Positions 25,523 through 39,949 of a DNA stretch of 64,000 nucleotides are shown here, one piece after another (position 1 is the first letter of the stretch; every line of letters starts with the position of its first letter). The notes beneath the pieces were generated by a model. That model did not search any database. It was not told where the DNA came from and worked only from the letters and a program-made list of their open reading frames with translations. Origin of the DNA: Octopus sinensis (lineage: Eukaryota); NCBI RefSeq assembly GCF_006345805.1, contig NC_042997.1, forward strand, positions 25,296,001 through 25,360,000. Reading direction: 5' to 3'. The translations under genes and the position numbers were made by a program.

Positions 25523-25524
<2 letters not shown>
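25087..25524. mobile_element. MITE with 29-bp TIRs in (TA)n, carrying internal CCCTAA repeats
   Basis: GGATCTTTTCGGTTTGAACGGCAGTTTTT / AAAAACTGCCATTCAAACCGAAATGATCC (2 mismatches); CCCTAGCCCTAACCCTAACCCTAA at ~25390-25423. Confidence 0.85.
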
Positions 25525-25564
<40 letters not shown>

Positions 25565-25578
25565 TATACACATACATA

Positions 25579-25989
25579 GGCGCAGGAGTGGCTGTGTAGT
25601 AAGTAGCTTGTTTACCAACCACATGGTCCAGGGTTCAGTCCCACTGCGTGGCACCTTGGGCAAGTGTCTTCTACTATAGCCTCGGGCCGACCAAAGCCTT
25701 GTGAGTGGATTTGGTAGACGGAAACTGAAAGAAGCCCGTCGTATATATGTATATATATATATGTATGCGTGTGTGTGTTTGTGTGTCTGTGTTTGTCCCC
25801 CTAGCATTGCTTGACAACCGATGCTGGTGTGTTTATGTCACCGTTACTTAGCGGTTCGGCAAAAGAGACCGATAGAATAAGTACTGGGCTTACAAGAGAA
25901 TAAGTCCCGGTGTCGAGTTGCTCGATTAAAGGCGGTGCTCCAGCATGGCTGCAGTCAGATGACTGAAACAAGTAAAAGAGTAAAAGAGT
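25579..25989 (+). mobile_element. SINE family B (tRNA head, CCTTGGGCAAGT CORE-like domain, internal microsatellite)
   Basis: GGCGCAGGAGTGGCTGTG..GGGTTCAGTCCC..CCTTGGGCAAGTG..AAGTAAAAGAGTAAAAGAG. Further copies at 28015-28180, 28375-28575, 33790-34085 and 40400-40834. Confidence 0.9.
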
Positions 25990-26658
25990 ATACATACATA
26001 CATATATACATACAAACACATAAACACACTCACAAACACACACACACAATACGTATTTGCATAAACATAGATAGATATACGAAATACCCACCAGACACCG
26101 TTCTGTTGTCACTCTTTCACTATCTCTATCCTATTACTATATTTTTCTCTCTCCTATTCGCTGTCTACCTTCTACCTTAGTACTCTTCATTTTGTAGCGC
26201 TTGTTAGAAGTAGCCAATATAGATTCTGAAAAATGTCTTATCGCTACTTACTGCTGGCTTGAAGAGAATATTTAGCAATCCCAAGTATAGCCATCGAGTG
26301 TGATTGCCACTCAATATAGAAATGGCCCTTTACTCTGTGTTTGCTGTTACTGGGAATATATAGTAAGTGGCAGATGTTCAGTTCATAATCTGGAAAAAAG
26401 ATAAAATGTAGATACACACAACTATATATATCTACATATACATGTACGCACACCAACACGCACGTACGCACACACGCACGCACGCACGATCGCACGCACG
26501 TGCACGCACACACATACACAAATGACATACACACATACACACTCATACACGCTAATACACATGTGTACAATCAGACATGCAGATATGAACACACATACAC
26601 GCGCGCACACACACACAATGTATGCATCTACGTATATATGCATACAGACATGTATGCT

Positions 26659-26696
<38 letters not shown>

Positions 26697-26750
26697 ATAT
26701 ATATATTATAGATATATATTTATATATATATATATTATATATATATATAT

Positions 26751-26819
<69 letters not shown>

Positions 26820-27207
26820 ATGTACTGACGCAAACATGCATCTATATACACACACAACTATAGATATGTGTGTGTGTGTATGTAGAGACATACAAGCATA
26901 CAGAGTGAGATAAAAGGGGAAAAAGCAATATATTTACTTATAGACACAAGCGAGTACCCTCAGATTCTGAATCATCAAAGGGAGTTATTGAAACTGCGAG
27001 AGTGTAACGACTCAAGAATTAGTCGCTGCCACGATCTTATATATGTAACACTTTAGAAGTAGGAACAAAAACGAAACACGCAGCGACACCCTAAATAGCG
27101 CATGCATATCATTTAATATTTACAAGTTACCATTTTCATGGGACTATGCTTCACCAGCTGCTCCTGAACTAAATTTAATTACATATTTATCCACCCAATA
27201 TATATTA

Positions 27208-27595
27208 CTAGCAGTATCGCCCGGCGTTGCTCGGGTTTGTAAGGGAAATAACTATATAAGCATTTTTAGAGAGTTATAGCCAAAAAAATGCATTAAAAAT
27301 GGAAAAAAATGATGGTAAATTTTTTTTAAAAATCGTTGACTCATCGTAGACATTTTTAGAGAGTTACTTCCCTTATATAATAGCGAAAAAAACGAATTAA
27401 AAGGGAAAAAAATGATGGTAAATTTTTTTTAAATCGTAGACTCATTGTAGACGCGCGCTAATACCCAGAAGGGCTCGATATGAATTACGACTATAAGATA
27501 CCTGGTTTTGGTTAAACTGCATCGCAAAATGTGGGAGTAGTTAGAAATCTAAATCGTAGGAGACAGACACACAACCTCTCTTTTATATATAAAGA
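27208..27595 (-). mobile_element. Non-autonomous Helitron
   Basis: Minus strand A|TCTTTATATATAAAA..CCCGAGCAACGCCGGG..CTAG|T; 3' end similar to the 11130 element; internal ~90-bp tandem duplication. Confidence 0.85.
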
Positions 27596-28269
27596 TTTGT
27601 TGGTAATTTCTATCGTTCAGAGCACGCGTAAAGAAAAACGCCTTCAAAGTTCAGGTCTTAGGGCATATGATAGCTTAGAAAGCTTACATACGTGCCATGA
27701 ATTATATTGTAAAGAAAATGAAAAATAAATGGTTTCATTGCCTTTATCGAATATTATTGATTGCTCAAAACTTTTTTTCGGCATGTGTATACTATGTATA
27801 CTAATATATATGTTTGAATATATGTTTGATAGTCAATGCTTTTGTTATTATAAGATTATATTCATGAAGTCAATCAAGAAATATCAATAGATGCAGCCAG
27901 GATAAACCGTGAAACACAAAAACATGCTCAGCCTTTCGAGAATGAAGGACAACTCAGAATAACGATTCCCCAAGATGCAAAATCCACAAACAAATAAATA
28001 TATATATATATATCCTGGTGTGTTTACGTCTCCGTAACTTAGCGGTTCGGCAAAAATGACCGATAGAATAAGTACTAGGCTTACAAAGAATAAGTCCTGG
28101 GATCGATTTGCTCGACTAAAGGTGGTGCTCCAGCATGGCCGCAGTGAAGTGACTGAAACAAGTAAAAGAGTTAAAGAGTAATATATACATATACATACAT
28201 ATATATATATATATTTATATATATCTATGTATATGTATATATATGCATATTTTCATATATGTATGTATG

Positions 28270-28305
<36 letters not shown>

Positions 28306-29841
28306 TGTATGTATGTATGTATGTATGTATGTATGTATGCATGTATGTATATATGCGTGTGTGTGTATGAGCGCGGGCGTCTGTGTTTGTCCACCAAGAC
28401 TGCGAGATAACTGGTGTTGGTATGTTTAGCTCTCCGTAGCTAGCGGTTCGGCAGAGGACGCCGATAGAATGAGTACCAGGCTTAAAAAATACAAGTACTT
28501 GGTTCGATTCAATCGACTAAGATTCTTCAAGGTGGTTCACCAGCATGGCCGTAATGTTATGACTTTAAAGAATAAAGTTTACTCCGAAGTTTCCGGTATG
28601 TAGTTTTCGCCCCGCCACCGTTGAAAGAGGAACCCGAAGTCTCAGAGCTGCTCTAACCAGCACCGAAGCCTCTCATATATCCATCCCATAACAGAGAAAA
28701 AAAAGGAAAGAAAAACGAAACAAGTCTTTGAGACACCGATGATTGCTTGTTTCATGCCAATATTTGCAGCTTAAGATATACTATTTCATTCACCTATTCA
28801 CCCTTCTCTCTCTGATATATATCTACATACAGCGTTATTTATATATAGATATATATTTATATATAGATATATCCCAAAAGAAGTTAACATAGTTTACAGA
28901 AATATGTGTGTGTTTTTGCCTGTATTTGTGTAAGCATAATCACATATACAAATTTATTCCAATACATACGCATATACATGTACACATCATTATTTAGTCA
29001 TTGTATATGCAGTTTTTAAAACGTGCCTGCTTATACATTGGAAACGGTCATGTTCTGGCCATTATTTCTCTCTTTGTACCATCTGTTGGTGACACTTCAT
29101 TAATGAAAACAAGATGTTTTGTGAAATGTTTAACTGGATTTCTCTCATTACTAAATGCTTTTGATCTGGAAGTAAATACCAATATAATAAAAAAAAAAAA
29201 AAAAAAAAAAAAATTGCGCATAGAAAAGTGAAGTTTATCGGTCAGATATTTTAAGTAAAATATTAACTTCATTTCTTTCTCTGTTAATGTTTTGTACATA
29301 AATTAAAATCGCTACGTTTTATTAAATACGTAGCACATTTCTATATGAATTATTTATTCCATTCATATATTCATTCTTTTTATATATCATTCGTCGTTAG
29401 TATTGTTATTTTGATAATCATTTGCGTATGTCTGTGTGTGAGTGTGGAGGTGTCTGTGTGTGTTGGTGCTACTTGTTTGTTTGTCTGTTTTTGCTTATTT
29501 ACTTAATTGCTGGAGAAGTGAAATTATAACCACCTGTTGCAAACATGAAAGTAAATTGGAGTAATTAAAGTAAGCAGTGTATATTTCTTTATTAATGACA
29601 ATTACATGCCACCGCCACCATTTCCACCACTACCACAACCATCGCCATCACCACCGCACCAACAACAGCAACAGCTACAATAAAAAGAAAAGCGAAAAAA
29701 GCAACATCGATCATAACGATAATAGGCTTCCTTTATTCGCCACAGGGGAGTCGATTGAAGACGACTTTACTAAGTCAGGTTATATAAAACGTGTTGGGTT
29801 ACATAAAAATCGAATTCCACCTAGTTAAATTTATACATAGT

Positions 29842-30227
29842 GGATGGAGCACTCCGTCGGTTACGACGACGAGGGTTCCGGTTGATCCGAATCAACGGAA
29901 CAGCCTGCTCGTGAAATTAACGTGTAAGTGGCTGAGCACTCCACAGACACGTGTACCCTTAACGCAGTTCTCGGGGATATTCAGCGTGACACAGAGAGTG
30001 ACAAGGCCGGCCCTTTGAAATACAGGTACAACAGAAACAGGAAGTAAGAGTGAGAGAAAGTTGTGGTGAAAGAGTTCAGCAGGGATCACCACCATCCCCT
30101 GCCGGGGCCTCGTGGATCTTTTAGATGTTTTCGCTCAATAAGCACTCACAACGCCCGGTCTGGGAATCGAAACCGCGATCCTATGACCGCGAGTCCGCTG
30201 CCCTAACCCCTGGGCCATTGCGCCTCC
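29842..30227 (-). mobile_element. SINE family C (tRNA-Arg-like head) with 10-bp TSD
   Basis: TSD TATACATAGT (29832-29841, 30228-30237); near identical to the 45811 and 49933 copies. Confidence 0.93.
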
Positions 30228-30259
30228 TATACATAGTATACAAAAAGTGATAGGGGCGG

Positions 30260-31450
30260 TACTGCCATTCTCCGATCTATCGGATCATGCTAACAGTAGA
30301 ACACTTTAATCCGCTATTATATTTTCTTTGAGGAGAGCAACTCCGTTTACTCTCTTTTCATTTCCAAATGAAACTTGAAACAATGGTAAAATATCTGTCT
30401 TAATTTCTTTCAGTCTAATCTAGCACTGATCTTCTTTTCTCATAGCCACCAGAAGAAAACTGCTTGCTCATTTCGGTTAAAAGAGGCAGGAGCAGTGACA
30501 TTCACAAGGAATGTATGTGATAGTCGGAGCTATTCTAAAGGCGTCTGCAGTTATTTGATATAATTCCCAAAGTTAGTACTATCCGTAGACTCAAGGAGTA
30601 CATATAATACAAATTTATCCTACAGAACGCACCTCGGATGAACCCAGATAATACCTTTAACGTGCGTGTAGAATTAATTTATCTGGAACTGGTAATGCAC
30701 CCTGCTATTAGTTAAGAGTATTGAGAGACGAAGAATTTTCGGAAGTTAACTATGGACCGGGCCCAAACCGGCGAAGCAGAACCAAACGACAAGAGCTTTC
30801 CCAATAAACTCTTTACTTCACACTACTACTAGACCTCTATAAAATGCTAACTTGGTTGTTCCATCGACCATATTGCCTTATTGGTTGAGGTGTATGAGCA
30901 CTTGACCACATTCCAGATATCATGTTTCCAGTTTGGGATTTGGTTTGACGCAGTATTGTAGCTCTGTCAAAAAAGATAATCCATGAGAAGTCTAAACATC
31001 AAAACACAGATCCTTTGCTGACTGTCTAGGAATCTCTGCAGAAACCGCAATATCAGTGGATACTTGCGTGTCATCAACATATCATGCTGAGCATCCCGTG
31101 TGTCCAGAAGACCGTCTGATAAGTATAAAAAATAAATCCAGAAGTTTTCAATGCTGTTACACGTGAAATGGGGATAAGACAGAAAATAAAGGCATTAAAT
31201 TATGATAGGGGGAAATATGCGTTCGTTCCATTAGCTCAACCTTTCAGAGTTGACAGTTTCTTTCAGCCCCGTAACGTCATACCACTTCCTGTTCCCTTAA
31301 ATTTCCAAGCTGAACGAAACACCGAGCCCTTTAGTCAGTCTATCGGGTCAATGCTCCACGACTCTGTCCGATATTATAGATTTGTTTTTCCAGGTACAGA
31401 GCTGCAAGTCCACTAATTTATCTGTGTTCACTTTTGCTCCTAGAACTGTC
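30260..31450 (-). pseudogene. Highly decayed Tx1-like LINE remnant
   Basis: LVAMRKEDQC*IRLKEIKTD..FHL aligns with VVAIAKEAVWNTRIKGIKTG..FHL of the intact element; weaker matches further upstream. Boundaries approximate. Confidence 0.45.
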
Positions 31451-32188
31451 TACTATTCTTGTAGAAGGGTTCCTATCAAATATTTCTGTGGCCTTTATTA
31501 TTGTCACAAGATTAAATAATAATAGATTATTTTCAGGGAAAAATCATCAAGGTGGAAAGGAGGAAAATTGAAAGAACGTACGCAGACACAGATACATAAT
31601 AAACTATTAAAGAAACATTTTAGAAAGAGATAAGGTTATTATTTCAGTATTGGAATACATTTCCCTCATCTCCTGTAGCAATCGAAATCTGGCGTGAGTT
31701 GTCTCGATCTCTGATCAAGAAAATAGTTTATTAACGCTTATTTTCGTAATCATAGCGATATTAGAAGTTTCATGGATTGAAAGTGGTAGAATCAAGGTTC
31801 TTATTTATTTTTAAACGATATACCCTATTCTCTACAGGTTTCTTGAATAGACCTGCAGAAAGAGAAATATTGTACTGTTTGCTGAGAATAAACGTTAACT
31901 GGGGACTGAGCTATTGAAGAGCTATGAAAAGATTACGGTTAGTGTCTGGATAAATTTTCATATTTAAACATGTTCACGTGGAAGTTAGCAAAACAATCAT
32001 GATAATTTATGTAAGGGTGTGAGTCCGTGTTTCTTTGTGCATTTTGAGCAAGACGGCCAACAGATATGGTGGCCTAAACGACCAACTGAATGCAAAGGTT
32101 ATATATAATCATGACCATTCCCTAGAATGATGTAACGAAAGGAACTTTACCTTGGAAGCAGATTAAATATATTCCGGCAGTTAGCTGC

Positions 32189-32247
<59 letters not shown>

Positions 32248-32824
32248 TCTCGTCTTTCTATCTCTCTCTCTCACTCTCTGTCGTATTGATAGCATTGTCA
32301 TCGATATACCTAGCCGCAAGGATACCATTTTTCTGAGTACGATATATTTAATTATAGCCACACGACTTCTTGTCTGGCATACTTTTTTCATAAGAATAAT
32401 GAAATCAACTCTAATGTGATTTGAACTTAGAGCATTATATCACAACAGATCTCGCCTGACGCTCTACCGCTTACGCTAGTCAGTCGTACTCCACAAATTA
32501 TTATTACCGTTAGAGTTTGTAGTATTTATATAGTATATTGTATTACAATTTTGATCATTTTCGTTGCTATTGTCCAACTTATTTGTTCTTCCGCCCACTC
32601 ATTGAGTTTAAATCTCTTGTCATATAACCAACCAGATTTAGTTTCTGTTTTTTGTAACTTCACTTCGTTTGCTTTACTAGATTTCGTAAGCAGGGAAACG
32701 CCACACCACCCAGCTGGCCCTATTTATTAAACCAACACACGTGACGTGACCACCGCTCTACATATGTCGCAGCTCCTCAGCGTATGTCAAGATATACGGC
32801 TTAGTTTGCACCGTCGACGGCATT

Positions 32825-33300
32825 CTATACAGCTAAGCATTCATATCGAACATTTTTCTTTTCTTTTTGCTTTCAACACCTTTTATAGTATTCACGCCTT
32901 GTCGCACGAAAAAAAATACAGACATGCATCCATACAGTCAGCACGTACAATATATACATTCAGACGACCGAATACAAAATGAATGAATGAATAAATGAAA
33001 ACTTCAGTAAATAAGTATATAATCCATACAACAAATATTCAAACACTTCCATAGTTACACTCATACACACACAATCAGACATGAACACGTACGTACACAC
33101 ATGCACACACACGTGCGCATACACACACACATACTCACACGCACACACACACACAGCAATTGTGACTGGTCACTCTAATATGTTCACTCACACAAAATGA
33201 CAGAAACACAGACATACACAAATACATACATACTAAATATATATATATATATATATATATACATACATACTAAATATATATATATATACATACATATATG

Positions 33301-33390
<90 letters not shown>

Positions 33391-33470
33391 GCGACAAGGC
33401 GTGAATACTATAAAAGGTGTTGAAAGCAAAAAGAAAAGAAAATGTTCGATATGAATGCTTAGCTGTATAG
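32825..33470. repeat. ~81-bp near-perfect inverted duplication (32825-32906 / 33390-33470)
   Basis: CTATACAGCTAAGCATTC..CCTTGTCGCA and its reverse complement, with one indel. Confidence 0.9.
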
Positions 33471-33695
33471 GCGGCGAGCCGGCAGAAACGTTAGCACACC
33501 GGGTGAAATGCTCAGCAGTATTTTGTTTGTCGCTACGTTCTGAGTTCAAATTCCGCCAAGGTCGACTTGGCCTTTCATCCTTTCGGGGTCGATAAATAAA
33601 GTACCAGTTACGCACTGGGGTCGATGTAGTTGACTTAATCCCTTTGTCTGTCTTTGTTTGTCCCCTCTGTGTTTAACCCCTTGTGGGCAATAAAG

Positions 33696-33700
<5 letters not shown>
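33470..33700 (+). mobile_element. SINE family A, full length, Tx1-like tail
   Basis: Full head through tail GTGGGCAATAAAGAAATA. Confidence 0.9.
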
Positions 33701-33766
<66 letters not shown>

Positions 33767-33789
33767 TGTATATATATGTATGTATACAC

Positions 33790-34085
33790 GCGCAGGCGTG
33801 GCTGTATGATAAGAAGCTTGCTTCCCAACCACATTGTTCTGGGAGCAGTCCCGCTGCGTGGCACCTTGGGTAAGTATCTTCGACTATAGCCACGGGCCGA
33901 TCAGAGTTTTGTGAGTGGATTTGGTATCCGGAAACTGAAAGAAGCCCACCGTATAAATATATGTATATTTATGTGTGTGCGTTTATGTCAGTATTTGTCC
34001 CGCCCCATCGCTTGGCAACCGATGCTGACGTGTTTACGTTCCCGTGACTTAGCAGTTCTGCAAAAGAGTCCGATAGAATAAGCAT
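33790..34085 (+). mobile_element. SINE family B, diverged
   Basis: Homologous to 25579-25880. Confidence 0.85.
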
Positions 34086-34215
34086 AAGAATATTTGTTTA
34101 TGCAGTTGAGTATAGCCCTGCATTTAAATTGATGTAATGATTGATTTTTCAATTAAATGGAGGCACTTGAAACGGCCGTACTTCATTACCTCTTGATACC
34201 CTGTTGCTTATTTCG

Positions 34216-34254
<39 letters not shown>

Positions 34255-34839
34255 CTTCTTACGTTTTTAACTCATTGGACATCAGCCGAAAAAATCGATC
34301 CTAGTATTTATTTTTCTTTTTAAATCTGGTTCTTATTATGTTGGTACTTTAGCCAAATTTCTAAGATTCGATGATGTAAACAAAAAAAAAAACCCCACCA
34401 TTTGTCAAGTTATGTACAGGGGACAAATACACACACAAGGAGACGCAAATACACACTCAGAAACACACCTATATATGTGACAGATTGCTACACAGATTCC
34501 CGCTCCCAAATTCAGGTACAACACTTGTTCAGCCTTGAACTGTGGCAGAAGATAGTTGCCCAATGTGTGTGCTTTTCATGTAAACCTAAAACGACTTAGT
34601 TGCAATGGAAGCAAGCTTCTTAACCAAGTACCAGGTTTACATACACAAGCACACACACACACACACACATACACACACACACAAGCACACACACACAAGC
34701 ACACACACACATACACACATGCATACACACACAAACAAAACACGCACACACACACACAAACACACACACACACACACAGACTATTCTATATCAACAAAGG
34801 GACAAATCACCGGCCCTGTATTCTGAAGAATATGGTTAA

Positions 34840-35605
34840 ATGTGTTCATTAAAAATTTCCTCTGACCCACTTCACAAGGACTGGGTAGGATAAACAAAAC
34901 ATGGTATAATTATTAGTCCTTCTCTACCAATGATGACACACTTCTTTCATCGCTTTATGCAACTGCGAAGACCTTGTCTGTAGAAGTCGGTGGGTTGCGT
35001 CTTAGCCAACACATTACCGCGGATATAAGTTCATCATCATCCGAAAATTGCTTCTCCTTCAAAATAGACTACACGAAAGAGGTGGCAATCAGATGGTGCG
35101 AGATAGGGCAAGTAAGGGAGATGAAGAAGGATATCATAACCGCAGGCGTGTGCTTTCCTCCGGGCAACATGCGCATTGTGAAGGTTGGGCGTTGTTTTGG
35201 AGGAGACGGTCTCCTTTGGTCAGCATTCCACGCCTCTCCGCTTTGATGGCGTCCGACAATTTCTGCAGCAGAGAAGCATAATATGCCTCGTTAAGTGTGG
35301 TACCCTTTGCCAGAAAATCCATCATTAGCCCGCGCTGGTTCCAAAAGGCTGTAAGCATCACTTTGTCTGTTGGACACGAGCCTTCTTTGGCGGTGGTAAG
35401 TTATCATCCTTTCATCGAATCGACTAGACTTTAGTCTCAGCATCATAGTGATGGCCGCTTGTCCTACTCGTTCCTGCTTCTGAAAATGTGAGAGCATCCG
35501 GGAAATCCCGATAGTGCAGACAAATTCTGCATGTGCAAATGGTCGAGAATGATTTTTACCACGGACCCTACACTTATCTTCACTTCTTGGGCTTCTTGCC
35601 GAATA
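34840..35605 (-). mobile_element. Decayed mariner transposon fragment
   Basis: [46 protein letters not shown]; end CTGACCCACTTC resembles the TIR of the 61319 mariner. Confidence 0.85.
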
Positions 35606-35650
35606 GAAATGGATGTATATGGAGATGTGTGCGTTGTGTATGCGTGTATG

Positions 35651-35733
<83 letters not shown>

Positions 35734-35754
35734 ATATATGTACATATATATATA

Positions 35755-35807
<53 letters not shown>

Positions 35808-35851
35808 TATATATATATATATATATATGTACATATATATATATATATATA

Positions 35852-35891
<40 letters not shown>

Positions 35892-35909
35892 TATATATAT
35901 ATATATATA

Positions 35910-35953
<44 letters not shown>

Positions 35954-35966
35954 ATATGTGTGTGCG

Positions 35967-35999
<33 letters not shown>

Positions 36000-36269
36000 T
36001 GTGTGTGTGCGTGTATGTGTGTGTGTGTGCGAGTATTTGTGTGTGTGCTAAATGTATGTTTATGTATTTATATTTTTATGTGCACGTATCTATACTATAT
36101 TTATATCCAGCAACGGATTATGTTTCGACATTTTTTGGCTTTTCCAGGTTATTTCGCATGGTTTCAACGAAGGTGACATCGACAGATTAAAGTTTCTTCC
36201 CTTCCATGAAGAAGTTAAATTCGGAACATTTTCCCATTATGCACCGTTTTGGGTATTTATATCCCAAAC

Positions 36270-36555
36270 CTCGAATCCCGGACCGGGCTGCGTGTTGTGT
36301 TCTTGAGCAAGGCACTTTATTTCACGTTGCTCCAGTTCACTCAGCTGTAGAAATGAGTTGCGACGTCACTGGTGCCAAGCTGTATCGGCCTTTGCCTTTC
36401 CCTTGGATAACACTGGTGGCGTGGAGAGGGGAGGCCGGTATGCATGGGCGACTGCTGGTCTTCCATAAACAACCTTGCCCGGACTTGTGTCTAGGAGGGT
36501 AACTTTCTAGGTGCAATCCCATGGTCATTCATGACCGAAGGGTGTCTTTACCCTT
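36270..36555 (+). mobile_element. SINE family D, 5'-truncated
   Basis: Near identical to 39670-39949. Confidence 0.9.
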
Positions 36556-39500
36556 TACTGCTCTCATTTACGCGAAACTTGTTTCATTCTTGCTGTGTCT
36601 GGGGAGAGTCATTTTCTTTTTTGTGCCTTATAATTTAACACATTTACCGGTAAAATTTCCACTTATTTCTTATTTTTATTTTCCTAAAAATTTCGTTGCG
36701 TCTTGCTAACCTTTCAATAGTCTTGACTGCGTCCCTTTTTGTTTGTTTTGGCGCATGGGTGTGGGTCAGTGTGTGTGTGTGTGAGCCTATGCATACATGT
36801 ATGTATGTATGTATGTATGTATGCATGTGTGTGTTTGTATATATGCATGTATGTGTGTGCGCATCTGTATGTATGTATTCTGCATATTGATGTGTTTGCG
36901 TGTCCGTGTTTGTGTTTTTTATGCATGTGTGTGTGTGTGCTTGCGAGTGTGTGTATATGTATGCACCTCTGTCTCCTTGTCTGTGCATGTCTGAGTGTGT
37001 GTGTTTTTTGCAACAATGTACCGTGTTTGTATGTATGGATGTGGATCTCCATATGTGTGGACACGTTTCTCCATATGTGTCCTTGTGTATAAACATATAC
37101 CCCACCACACACATCTATCTACATAACAGCCCACTAACTACTCTACTCTACCTTTGTAAACTGTGAGTATGGGGTTATGATATCTATTATGTATATTTCC
37201 TATTTAGTATTGGGGAAGTTTCATTTATAAGGGCGTACTCCCGTATTTACCTGACTGTTGGGTCGTTTGGGTGCTTGGATAAGATGCGGATGTCAAGTTG
37301 ACCCAAGTTGCCTCCATGTTCATGTCTTGAGAAACACCTTCTATGCATCTTATGCTGTAAACTACATTTCTAGTTCTACAGTTAATGCCAGGGCTAATCC
37401 TACATATCATGCAATTATCATTAGTGCATTGGTATTCTCAAAGGGGTACGTCCAACATAGCTCTGATCTGACGAAGTTCCTTGGCTTTTCAACAACCTTA
37501 ATGTTGAGTTTGGTCTCCTTCAGAGCTTTTCTAAATCCACGGGCTAGTTCTCCATGGGCTGTGGCCTCTACAAACATCACTCCTTGATATTTGTCGGTTT
37601 TATACCACTTGTTCACCCTGTTTGTTTTGTCACAAGTTCTTTGTATCCTATTCCATTCTTTGTTTCTATATCTAGGACATGTACCACTGGTATCATTACG
37701 TACAATGTTATCTAATTTCTTTCTAGCACCCCTGTATACTCGAACCCTATCTTTCTGATCTTATCCAGAGAACTTTATGCGGTGCATGAAGTTCTGTATA
37801 TGTTTTTTTCGTTTCAAAAGGTTCGCATAGTGGGGACACATTGTTCATTATCCTAACTAAGTCTGCTATTAGTATGTTAATTTTCATGTTGTGTGACAAA
37901 GCTGAGTTCTTGTGAACAATCTATTTTGAAGTTACGGATTTCATGTAATAGGAGAGGAAGAGCTGCACTCTATTGTTCACAGTCTCTAACGAAAGTTCAG
38001 TATCAAGTACAGGGAGTCAACTGTTGGGGTGCTTAGTGGGGTAATCTATAGTTACCTTCATACTTTGGTGGATGGAGCTATCTATCTGCTGGATGTTCAC
38101 CATTACGTTCTTCTCAGTTTCTACATTACCCGTCACTAGAGTTGGACCTAACAATGATATTAATGTCACCTACATATCTAGAGTAGATTAGAAGAGTTGT
38201 GGACTGTTCTGCTAACATTTGTTTAATTTTCTGTCCCACCAGCTCATGAAGAGTCCGGCCACATCTCCAGCTATACCGACACCGACACCGATGGCTGCAC
38301 CTTGAACCTGCATGTATAGTTTTTTGTTATACTTTACTATGTGGTTCTTCAAGGTGGTTTTTACACTGGCCCCTATTGCATGTGCAATCATTTCTGTCAC
38401 CTGATTGTTGTTCTCAGGGTTTTAGGTGGGTGCGCTCCAGCCCCTCCAGCGCTCTATCGTACTTTTCTTCACTGCTGAAGTGATGGTGAGCGGTTTTCCT
38501 TTCTGTGACCTGGTGGTGCAGAATCTACTGAGGTCATGGTCATCTAAGTAGTTACTGTTATAGCTTAATATGAGGAGGAGGCCCAGTTTCCTCGTGTTGA
38601 CCTTACGGAACTCCACCTCACTCTCACAGATTACCTGAACGCATTTTCCACAGCAAAATCTATGGCTATAAATGGGTAGAGTGAAATCACATCCATACTA
38701 CCCACTACACAGCCTGTGAGGTCGTTGGAGTGGTTGCAAGTATTGATTTCACTGAGGAGACCTTCCGTGCTCACACAGACATCTGGAGACATCTTTATGA
38801 GGGGTCATGATACCTGTGAGAGGAAGTAGGACAGACTATAGACTAGAGATATTCACTCCGCAAACTGGTCAGGCTGGGGGCCCCACGACAGGGTTTATGT
38901 AGAGTTTGTGGTTTTTGCGTAACCCGTATAGTGTGGGAACATCTTTGTTGGATGCTTGGAAATTGTGTGCCGTCCTTTTTATAGGTTGGAGTACGTTGCA
39001 CCACATCCCCATGTGTACATTGAGGAGATTTTCCCACTCTTTCATGTTCCTGTGGTATAACGTCTCTCATGCTACTGATGTGTTCTTGCATGGCCTGGTC
39101 ATAGTTCTGTGGGCTGTCTATTGAAAGTCTGCCAGACTTGTCCGTAGGGAAGCACACTAATTCTCTGTTCCTAATAAGCTGTTTCAGCTTTTGTAGGCCT
39201 TTGTCCACAGATGAGCTGAGTTGGTGGGTCGCCTCCTCACTATGTTTTTAGTGGATTTGTTGTATCGGTCTAAGATATGTCAGAGTCTATTTCTAGCTAA
39301 GGAGATCTTTGTTTCTGTTTCACTGTCAATTTGGAGTGGGATACATTCCCTTTTGTTAAAGAGTAAGTCTATGGGTTAGATCCTCGTCATGTCAAAAGAT
39401 TTGTTGTTAGAGATATAGAAGGCAGAGTGTAGAATGTTATTATCGTTGTGGTTGTTGTTGTTGTTATAGTTGCTGGTATTGTTGTTGCTGGTGGTGGTGG

Positions 39501-39611
39501 TGGTGGTAGTACTTGTCTTTTGCCTATTGTCATTGTTGTGGGTGGTGTTGTTGGTAGTGGTTGGTATCGTAATCTGTGTGTGGGATGTTATTATTGTTGC
39601 TACTGTTGCTA

Positions 39612-39949
39612 CTGAAGGCGCATGGCTCAGTGGTTAGAGCGTCGAGCTTACGATCGTGAGGTTGTGAGCTCGAATCCCGGACCGGGCTGCGTGTTGTGTT
39701 CTTGAGCAAAAACACTTTATTTCACGTTGCTCCAGTTCACTCAGCTGTAGAAATGAGTTGCGACGTCACTGGTTCCAAGCTGTATCGACCTTTGTCTTTC
39801 CCTTGGATAACACTGGTGGCGTGGAGAGGGGAGGCTGGTATGCATGGGCGACTGCTGGTCTTCCATAAACAACCTTGCCCGGACTTGTGTCTAGGAGGGT
39901 AACTTTCTAGGTGCAATCCCATGGTCATTCATGACCGAAGGGGGTCTTT
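39612..39949 (+). mobile_element. SINE family D, full length, 11-bp TSD, nested in the PLE
   Basis: tRNA-like head GGCGCATGGCTCAGTGGTTAGAGC; TSD TACTGTTGCTA (39601-39611, 39950-39960). Confidence 0.92.
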
